Below are positions 28,684-35,442 of a DNA stretch of 64,000 nucleotides, piece after piece. The notes under the pieces are model-generated. The model saw only the letters and a program-made list of their open reading frames with translations. It was not told the origin of the DNA and did not search any database. Source of the stretch: Candidatus Micrarchaeota archaeon (GTDB lineage: Archaea; Micrarchaeota; Micrarchaeia; Micrarchaeales; CABMGC01); contig DAHXMA010000012.1 of assembly GCA_027365725.1 (NCBI GenBank), positions 50,488 to 114,487 on the forward strand. Reading direction: 5' to 3'. Each line of letters starts with the position of its first letter. Position 1 is the first letter of the stretch. Both the position numbers and the translations under genes were made by a program.

Positions 28684-30229
28684 CTAAGGTGTAGTTGAGG
28701 TACATGTGCAGAGGTATGTTTATGGGTATTATGCTGCTGTTTATGATTTTGCCATAGTTATAGCAGGGGGATGGCACAGACGTCGTACTTCCTGGGGCAA
28801 GAGTTACGTTAATCTTTGAAAATGTTGTGTTGCCTATCAAAGAGCATGCTATTCCGGTTAGTATTATGGTGCTGTTATAGCTGTCCGCAAGGGTAAGATT
28901 AATAATAAGGTTTGGTGGTTTTGTTTGGAAGAATGGATTTGAACAGGTTATGTTTGAATTGAATACGCAAGAATCCGCGTAGGCAGATACAAAGGATATG
29001 TGTTGTCCGGTAAAGTTATAGCTGCCTATTAGCTTAAGTGAGTAATTGAATCCCGATTGTGATGCGTTTGACTCGGGTATCCACCAGACACTTGCATTAT
29101 AGCTTCCTTGAAGGCGTTCAAGCTGGTCAAGTATCACGTTGCCTTGTAGCAGCTGGTTGTCGCAATAAGAAATGTTGCTTATATTCAATATGTTACCGTA
29201 ACAAATGTTGCTAAAATTCTCGCCGTGCATTATACTTTCAAAAACTATTGAATTGCTTTCTAAGGAGAGGTCTCCAGAGTATGTAAGATTTTGTGATATG
29301 CCAGTATAATTTAGTATTGACGCGTTTTTATTTTTAAGGAGTGTGGATGTTTGTTTTCCGCTTGGCAAAAGGTGAGTAAAGTTTTTGTTTATGTACGAGG
29401 TGCAGTTTTCTCCAAATATTGAAACCAGTATTTTTGTCCATCCGCCAGAATACCACGCGCACAAGGTCGTGCTGTTGCCAAAGTCAATTGTTGTAATGCC
29501 TCTTGATTGGCTTTGGTTTATTCCTTCCCCTATGGCGGCTTCTGATATAGAGGAATTTGAAATATATCCCTGTATCCAAACCGCCGCGAGTGTGTAGTTT
29601 TTATAATACGCGTGGGAAACGTAGATTTTGCTTATATACTGTGAATATACATCAATTACCGGGTATAGGAAGGAGTTAACTTCCTGAGACCCTGTTAGAT
29701 ACAGGTATTTTGTGAAATTGTCAAAATATAGAGACGCAACATATCCTCTTGAATTCATGTTAAATGTATCAAGGCCGTCTGTTCCGTTGGGAAAGTTGAT
29801 TTGCGGTGCTGGAATTTCTTGCTGCAAAACACGCACTGTTGTTTTTGCGTATGAATCTTGCCTATTTATTATATTGTACAGGTGGCCTGGGTCTGCTTCG
29901 GCTTCTATTAAATACTCGCCAGGGGAGGTGGGAGTATAGTTAAAGTCTACTGTTGCTTGTTTCCCAGAAGGAAGATACGCACGATAAATTCTTGTTGTGT
30001 TTCCGTTTATGTATAGGCCTATTGAAATGTTGTTTATTGTGGATTGTCCTGTGTTGTTTATCTTTATTGGTATTGTTACCTTTTGATAGGGATAGGTTGT
30101 GTAGTTATTGCTTTGCATTTGGATGCTTATTGAAAGGGTTGGCTGATAATAAAACCTGAAATATGACGCGATGGCTATTAGTATAACTATAAACACGGCC
30201 CAGAGGTATATTTCTTTTATTTTTACCAT
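28637..30229 (-). CDS. Secreted/surface protein, N-terminal TM/signal anchor, extremely rich in N-glycosylation sequons
   Basis: N-terminal hydrophobic helix (IYLWAVFIVILIAIASYF). N/S/T/Y-rich. About 30 N-x-S/T sequons by hand count in 530 aa. No family recognised. Confidence 0.6.
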   Translation of the reverse strand: MVKIKEIYLWAVFIVILIAIASYFRFYYQPTLSISIQMQSNNYTTYPYQKVTIPIKINNTGQSTINNISIGLYINGNTTRIYRAYLPSGKQATVDFNYTPTSPGEYLIEAEADPGHLYNIINRQDSYAKTTVRVLQQEIPAPQINFPNGTDGLDTFNMNSRGYVASLYFDNFTKYLYLTGSQEVNSFLYPVIDVYSQYISKIYVSHAYYKNYTLAAVWIQGYISNSSISEAAIGEGINQSQSRGITTIDFGNSTTLCAWYSGGWTKILVSIFGENCTSYINKNFTHLLPSGKQTSTLLKNKNASILNYTGISQNLTYSGDLSLESNSIVFESIMHGENFSNICYGNILNISNISYCDNQLLQGNVILDQLERLQGSYNASVWWIPESNASQSGFNYSLKLIGSYNFTGQHISFVSAYADSCVFNSNITCSNPFFQTKPPNLIINLTLADSYNSTIILTGIACSLIGNTTFSKINVTLAPGSTTSVPSPCYNYGKIINSSIIPINIPLHMYLNYTLDGKGQKTEGFAEVTK

Positions 30230-30231
30230 TT

Positions 30232-30702
30232 TTATCGCGTTGGTGGTTTATTTTTAAGATCTTTTATTACTTTTCCTATTTTGCTTGCTGCTTCTGTGAA
30301 TTTTGATTCGAACACAAACCGTATCCAGTTTTCTGGGTCGAACCTGTTTCCGCTCTCTGGGTGGGTAAAATAGAACTTTCCTGATGCGTTTTCTATATAC
30401 CCCATGTTTTTCATTCTGAGTAAATGATATCTTAGGGTTTTTTCGTTTATTTCCTCCCAGTTTGAAGTTATGTATTCCTGCAATTCTTTTACTGTTGGGT
30501 CTGTGTTCCTTATGAATTGAAAATTCACAAGCGCATCAAGCACGGCGATGGCGCTTTGGCGCGATTCTCCTGGGTTTATTATACCAAGGGAAAGGGCCAG
30601 CCACCTGGCAGACGCTCTTCTGGTTTCTAATATCTGGTCTGTGAGCTTTAGATTCCTTAATGTGAATTCATTTTCTATTAAAGACGCTTCGCTAATATAC
30701 AA
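30232..30702 (-). CDS. Putative winged-helix transcription regulator
   Basis: KTLRYHLLRMKNMGYIENASGKFYF resembles a wHTH recognition helix plus wing. TTG start. The stop lies 2 nt before the start of the 28637-30229 gene. Confidence 0.45.
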   Translation of the reverse strand: MYISEASLIENEFTLRNLKLTDQILETRRASARWLALSLGIINPGESRQSAIAVLDALVNFQFIRNTDPTVKELQEYITSNWEEINEKTLRYHLLRMKNMGYIENASGKFYFTHPESGNRFDPENWIRFVFESKFTEAASKIGKVIKDLKNKPPTR

Positions 30703-30777
30703 AACAACATCTCTGATACAAATATAAGTCTATGCAAACATACTTAGTGTATTGACTAAATTTATATATGTGATTGC

Positions 30778-31131
30778 ATGCCTCAGGAAAACAATGAAAA
30801 GGATATGGAGCGGCTTGTAAAGGATTATCAGCTCACGCAAGAACAGTTGCGCCTATATTCCATACAGCTTGAGCAGTTTAAAGCCCAGAAGGCGGAGTTG
30901 GAGAGGGCAAAGGAAGAGCTTGGAACGGCGTCTGGAAAAGTGTATATAAGCGTTGGTGGAGTAATAGTAGAAACAACAAAGGAAAAGGCAGTTTCGGATG
31001 TGGCGGATCGGCTTGAATTATCAGATACAAGAATAGCTGCAGCTACAAAACAATACAACGAATTGCGGTCTCGCGAAAAGACCCTGAGTGAAAAAATAAC
31101 AGAAATTTATAAATCCAGTAAACCTGGATAA
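30778..31131 (+). CDS. pfdB: Prefoldin beta subunit
   Basis: 117 aa coiled-coil/beta-hairpin/coiled-coil pattern (LQLEQFKAQKAELERAKEEL...KVYISVGGVIVETTKEKAV...). Confidence 0.8.
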   Translation: MPQENNEKDMERLVKDYQLTQEQLRLYSIQLEQFKAQKAELERAKEELGTASGKVYISVGGVIVETTKEKAVSDVADRLELSDTRIAAATKQYNELRSREKTLSEKITEIYKSSKPG

Positions 31132-31154
31132 TTGTTTGCCCACTTTTCATATTT

Positions 31155-31649
31155 ATGAGATATTTTGACATTGTTAAATTTGATGTTGATGCCGCTTTGA
31201 CAAAGCGCCTTGGGTATCATAAAGTTTATGTTGTGGGGAAGGATCTGGAGATATGTCACGGTACCGAAGGGCTGCCAGGGCCAAAGATTGTCTTGGGTTG
31301 GGATCCTGGAGTGCTTGCGCGGTCGTTAAAGCAACCGGATGTTGTTGGTATGGTGTTCGAGGGTAAAGAGCTTAATAGGAAGCTTATAGAAAAGGCCGCA
31401 GAGCTGGAAAAAAACGTGTTTGTCCCTATAAGGAACCTGCTTTCATACGATATTGGTGAGCGCGTGTATGAAATGAGGCGGGTTGGTGATGTTGTTGCGG
31501 CGTGCCATAAGCTAGGGGCGCGTGCAAAACTTATAACGCTTGCAGAGGATGTGGCAGATATTATTTCTGTTGGTCAATTAAAGGAGCTGTCTTGCTTGTT
31601 TTCTGAAGATGGATACGCGCTGCCTGTATTTGATGGTGGGTTAATATGA
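31155..31649 (+). CDS. rnp3: RNase P protein component 3 (Rpp30-like), short form
   Basis: MRYFDI... start and NVFVPIRNLL...R...KLGARAKLITLAED pattern. Overlaps the pop5 start by 4 nt. Shorter (164 aa) than typical Rpp30. Confidence 0.55.
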   Translation: MRYFDIVKFDVDAALTKRLGYHKVYVVGKDLEICHGTEGLPGPKIVLGWDPGVLARSLKQPDVVGMVFEGKELNRKLIEKAAELEKNVFVPIRNLLSYDIGERVYEMRRVGDVVAACHKLGARAKLITLAEDVADIISVGQLKELSCLFSEDGYALPVFDGGLI

Positions 31650-31966
31650 TATTGCGTAGAAAAAGCAGATATGTGCTTGTGGAAGTTTCCTGCAAGGCCG
31701 ATTTGAATTCTTCCGAAATAAAAAAAGATGTGATGCTTTCTTTAACAAAAGAACTTGGAGGGTTGGGCAGGCTCCGCGCCGGCCCGAAGATCGTTTGGTG
31801 TGACTCTGATTCTAGGTTTATTGTGCGGGTTAATAGGGGTTATGAGAAGGCCGTTGTATTGGCTTTTGCATTTATTAAAAAACTTGGCAGTGTGCGGGCA
31901 GGGTTTTATACGCTTGGGGTATCTGGAAGCATAAGAAGCCTTATAGAGAGCTGCCGTGTTGTTTAG
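31646..31966 (+). CDS. rnp2: RNase P protein component 2 (Pop5)
   Basis: LRRKSRYVLVEV......LTKELGGLG......FIVRVNRGYEKAVVLAFAFI......LGVSGSIRSL matches the Pop5 pattern. Confidence 0.7.
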   Translation: MILRRKSRYVLVEVSCKADLNSSEIKKDVMLSLTKELGGLGRLRAGPKIVWCDSDSRFIVRVNRGYEKAVVLAFAFIKKLGSVRAGFYTLGVSGSIRSLIESCRVV

Positions 31967-32040
31967 CGTTTTTGGTCTTGTTGTTATAGATTAAAAGCTA
32001 GTGAAAATGACAATTAGTTTTCAGTGTGCCGAGGTGTTGT

Positions 32041-32742
32041 TTAGGCGTGACTTTTAATTGTTGATTCCTTGAAAAGCAAAATTGTTTCTTCTCTGTTTAA
32101 GGTTGTGTACGGTTTTCCACACGCGCTGCATGTAAATCCTGATTCGAAGGCGCTGTCAAAAGGAAGCACAATTTTTGCGCTTGGATAACATTTTTTGCAT
32201 ATAAAGAAATCGTTGCAGTTGTTTGGAAGGATGGGGTCTTGTGACGCGTTTGCCGCTGCTTCTATAATCTTAACATAATCCTCGATCTTTCCGTCATTGA
32301 GTTTCCAGTTAAAAATAAGCCAGCCTTTATTGTCCTTGTTAACATCGTATTTCACTATTCCGTAGCTGTTTAGTATGTTTAGTGTGCGTCTTGCGTCGTT
32401 TACTTTTACATTAAGCTTTAATGCAAGGTCTTCGTCGGTTTTTGGTTCCTTTGTCAATTCTAGCAGTATGTCTGTGGCTATTGCGCCTGCTTTTGTATTT
32501 ATGTCGGAAGAGAATGTTGGGCTTTGAATTATTGTTATTGACTTTGTGTGTGTTTCTATGTTCTGCGCCTGCTTTTGATTCTTGGTATACTTTGCTGGTC
32601 TTGGTTTGTGCGGGGCTGGGGCCTTTTGTTTAATTTGTGCTTTCTTTGTGTTTTTGCTGTGTTTTGGCTTCTTTGAGGTGTTTTTGGCACTGTTCTTAGA
32701 GATGTGATGTGTGCGTTTCTTTGTGTTTTTCATATATATCAT
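32041..32742 (-). CDS. tfe: Transcription factor E (TFE alpha) with lysine-rich N-terminal extension
   Basis: wH domain (DILLELTKEPKTDEDLALKLNVKVNDARRTLNILNSYGIVKY) and zinc ribbon (FFICKKC...FTCSACG). About 65 aa of K/P/Q/T-rich extra N-terminus. Confidence 0.8.
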   Translation of the reverse strand: MIYMKNTKKRTHHISKNSAKNTSKKPKHSKNTKKAQIKQKAPAPHKPRPAKYTKNQKQAQNIETHTKSITIIQSPTFSSDINTKAGAIATDILLELTKEPKTDEDLALKLNVKVNDARRTLNILNSYGIVKYDVNKDNKGWLIFNWKLNDGKIEDYVKIIEAAANASQDPILPNNCNDFFICKKCYPSAKIVLPFDSAFESGFTCSACGKPYTTLNREETILLFKESTIKSHA

Positions 32743-32908
32743 CAGGCAGCCAAATTGTGTGTTTGGGTATGTTGTTTATGTCAGAGCTTATATATAAATA
32801 TATCCTAATTTAAGCAAAGTTTGGAGAATTGGTTGTTATTTTGAGACTTTGTACGTGTTGCGCTTGCACAACTACAGCAGCGCACGCTGCTGGTAGGAAG
32901 GACGCTGC

Positions 32909-32919
32909 TTTTTATATTT
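32909..32919 (+). promoter_or_regulatory. TATA-box-like element upstream of tRNA-iMet
   Basis: TTTTTATATTT is centred ~29 nt upstream of the tRNA 5' end (32943), the usual archaeal TATA-to-TSS spacing. Preceded by palindrome CAGCAGCGCACGCTGCTG (32875-32892). Confidence 0.4.
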
Positions 32920-32942
32920 GTTAGGAGATATCTTCTGTGTGT

Positions 32943-33017
32943 AGCGAGGTAGGGTAGCCTGGAGTGCCCGCCGGGCTCATAACCCGGAGATCGGAGGTTC
33001 AAATCCTTCTCTCGCTA
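32943..33017 (+). tRNA. Initiator tRNA-Met (anticodon CAU)
   Basis: Acceptor AGCGAGG/TCTCGCT with A1:U72. Anticodon stem CCGGG/CCCGG (three G:C pairs next to the loop), loop CTCATAA, T-arm GGAGG-TTCAAAT-CCTTC. CCA is not encoded. Confidence 0.85.
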
Positions 33018-33039
33018 CGTAACCTATAAGCCCCCACAC

Positions 33040-33140
33040 TTCCACTATTCGCGTATCTTTTATTATATAGTACCATAATAATTGCAAGCTAAATGTAATA
33101 AATATGCCAAAAACCGAAAATTTGATATAAAATAGTGGAA
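33040..33140. repeat. 10-bp perfect inverted repeat flanking an AT-rich 81-bp spacer
   Basis: TTCCACTATT (33040-33049) and AATAGTGGAA (33131-33140). The AGTGGAA core resembles the ORB core (cCAGTGGAAa) from memory. The right copy overlaps the TATA/leader of the 33157 gene. A 10-mer inverted pair is not statistically compelling on its own. Confidence 0.35.
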
Positions 33141-33156
33141 CTGCACCCTGATACAC

Positions 33157-33624
33157 ATGATAGAAACAGAGATAAACACGAACGCAATATACAATATGCT
33201 TAAAAACGAGCAGAAGTCCGGAGAACTCTTGCCAATTAAAAAAGACTTCTATTCAAAAATAGCTGAAAAGCTTACTGGCGCCTCAGAGGATCAAGGAGAG
33301 CAAAAAAACCTTTTAAAAGTAATAAATGCCCTAAAAGAGCGCAGGAAACAGAAAATTCTCGTATATCTAGCATACGATAAAGACCTTCCCTCCCCAATCC
33401 CTTCAGAAGAAGAAGATTTATATATGCAAATAAAAAACATATTAAACAAGAACGACACCACACAGAAGCCAACAAAATTAAAAATCACAAAAACAATACC
33501 GCAAATAATAACACAGACAGGAAGCAAGCTGGGGCCGTACGAACAAAACGAAATAGTCTATATTTACGATAACACAGACACAAAATTTATAATAGAAAAC
33601 AAACTCGGAGAAATAGTATTATAA
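33157..33624 (+). CDS. GINS subunit-like protein (Gins51/Gins15 family candidate)
   Basis: SGELLPIKKDFYSKI...LLKVINALKERRKQKILVYLA...SEEEDLYMQI follows the GINS A-domain pattern, and C-terminal GPYEQNEIVYIYDNTDTKFIIENKLGEIV resembles the B-domain. Judged by eye only. Confidence 0.5.
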   Translation: MIETEINTNAIYNMLKNEQKSGELLPIKKDFYSKIAEKLTGASEDQGEQKNLLKVINALKERRKQKILVYLAYDKDLPSPIPSEEEDLYMQIKNILNKNDTTQKPTKLKITKTIPQIITQTGSKLGPYEQNEIVYIYDNTDTKFIIENKLGEIVL

Positions 33625-33635
33625 TGGCGATGTAA

Positions 33636-33917
33636 ATGAAGATAAACAAGGAACTTATGTTATACTGCCCACACTGCAACAAACACACAAAACACACACT
33701 TAGAAACTACAACAAAAAACCACAGCGCGGACTAAGCCTAGGAACACGCCGACACAACCGTGCAATAAAAGGATATGTAGGAAGCATAGAACCAAAAATT
33801 CATCCAAAAAAGCTTGGCAAAAAACAAAAACTAATTACCGAATGTCAAGTGTGCAAGAAACACGGAGAGAAAGTAGTTGGCATGAGGACCAAGAAAAAGA
33901 TTGAGATAAGCAGGTAA
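33636..33917 (+). CDS. rpl44e: Ribosomal protein L44e (eL42)
   Basis: YCPHCNKHTKHT...GTRRHNRAIKGYVGS...ECQVCKK is the eL42 zinc-ribbon pattern. Confidence 0.9.
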   Translation: MKINKELMLYCPHCNKHTKHTLRNYNKKPQRGLSLGTRRHNRAIKGYVGSIEPKIHPKKLGKKQKLITECQVCKKHGEKVVGMRTKKKIEISR

Positions 33918-33921
33918 GTCA

Positions 33922-34689
33922 TTGATAATACCAAAAACACTGCCTGACGTGGGAGACCTTGTAATAATAAAAATCACAAAAATAATGCCTCACGGGGCCT
34001 ATTGCAAACTAACAGAATACAACATAGACTCCTATCTACCCATATCAGAAGTGTCTTCTGGTTGGATTAAGAACATCCACGAGTTCATAAAGGAGGGCCA
34101 GCAGGACGTGGCAAAAGTAATTTTTGTGGACAAGGAAAAAAACTCAGTAGACATATCCTTAAAAAAAGCAACAACAAAGGACAAAAAAGACAAAATCAAC
34201 GAATTCGGCCTCGAAAAACGTGCAGAAGCCATATTCAACAAATCAATAGACCTATCAAAGCAACAAAACCACAAACAGGAAATACTTGCAGAGGTAGCAA
34301 AAAAGTTCAAAACATACAACGAGCTAGTCAACCTGGCATTTGAGGGCAGCGATCCATTATCCACAACAAATTACAAGGAATTTAGAACAGCGTTTTATGA
34401 TTTTGTTAAAAAAACGATAAAGCCTAAAGTATATTCTGTTGCTTATAATGTAGATTTGATGTCAACTGATGTAAAAACCGGAGGAATAAACCAAATAAAA
34501 AGCACGCTCAAAGCAATAGAAACAACAGGCATAAACGTGCTCTATGTGGGCGCTCCCAGATACCGCTTTATCTCCACAGATTCCAGCTATCCCAAAGCGG
34601 AAGAAAAAATCAAAAAAGCCCAACAAATACTAGAGAGGACAAAGAAAATCTCATTTTCCATGAAGGGAATAAAATCGGCTCAAACATGA
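33922..34689 (+). CDS. eif2a: Translation initiation factor aIF2 alpha subunit
   Basis: LPDVGDLVIIKITKIMPHGAYCKLTEYNIDSYLPISEVSSGWIKNIHEFIKEGQ is the S1 domain of aIF2alpha. TTG start. No S27e lies between L44e and this gene. Confidence 0.85.
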   Translation: MIIPKTLPDVGDLVIIKITKIMPHGAYCKLTEYNIDSYLPISEVSSGWIKNIHEFIKEGQQDVAKVIFVDKEKNSVDISLKKATTKDKKDKINEFGLEKRAEAIFNKSIDLSKQQNHKQEILAEVAKKFKTYNELVNLAFEGSDPLSTTNYKEFRTAFYDFVKKTIKPKVYSVAYNVDLMSTDVKTGGINQIKSTLKAIETTGINVLYVGAPRYRFISTDSSYPKAEEKIKKAQQILERTKKISFSMKGIKSAQT

Positions 34690-35441
34690 ACAAAACAAGA
34701 ATTTATTTTAATTCAAAAATAAAAACAAAGAGCTCAATCGCCGTTGTAGGTCTTCCCGGAATAGGAAGCGTAGGCAGCCTCGTCGGTGAATATCTAAAGA
34801 ACGAGGTCAGAGCAAAACGCATTGCAACCCTATATTCTCCCCATTTCATACACCAGACAATAATGCTAAAAAATGGATATACCCGCCTAATAAGCAACAG
34901 GTTTTACGCAAAAACCGTAAACGGCAGAACCATAATAATACTAATCGGCGACACACAAGCAACAACACCAGAGGGACAGTATGAAGTTAACGACACCATA
35001 GTAAAATTTCTGAAGAAACTGGGCTGCAAAACAATATATACTATTGGGGGATACAGTGCAGGAAACTATAGCATACAAAACCCCAAAGTATTTGGCGTTG
35101 CATCGGATAAGCAAACCAAGACAGAGCTAGAAAAGAGTGGCATAGTCTTTGGCAAAACATTCGGGGCAATATGGGGATCTGCCGGCCTAATTGTTTCTTT
35201 TGCAAAAATGCACAGAATACGCTCAGCATGCATAATGGGAGAAACAAGCACACTAGAAATAGATGCAAACGCAGCAAAAGCCGTTCTAACGGCAATGGCA
35301 AAGGTTTTAAAGATAAACATAAACCTAGACAACATAGATAAAATAAAGAAAGAAACAGACCGCCTTATAAAGGAAATTGAAGAAGCAGCCGCAGTTCCGC
35401 CACAAAACGTGCAAAAAGAAAACTTTCCATACATAAGATAA
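34686..35441 (+). CDS. PAC2-family proteasome assembly chaperone (PbaA/B-like)
   Basis: SIAVVGLPGIGSVGSLVGEYL...IILIGDTQATTPEGQYEV...IYTIGGY matches the PAC2/COG1938 pattern. 4-nt overlap with eif2a. Confidence 0.65.
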   Translation: MNKTRIYFNSKIKTKSSIAVVGLPGIGSVGSLVGEYLKNEVRAKRIATLYSPHFIHQTIMLKNGYTRLISNRFYAKTVNGRTIIILIGDTQATTPEGQYEVNDTIVKFLKKLGCKTIYTIGGYSAGNYSIQNPKVFGVASDKQTKTELEKSGIVFGKTFGAIWGSAGLIVSFAKMHRIRSACIMGETSTLEIDANAAKAVLTAMAKVLKININLDNIDKIKKETDRLIKEIEEAAAVPPQNVQKENFPYIR

Positions 35442-35442
35442 C

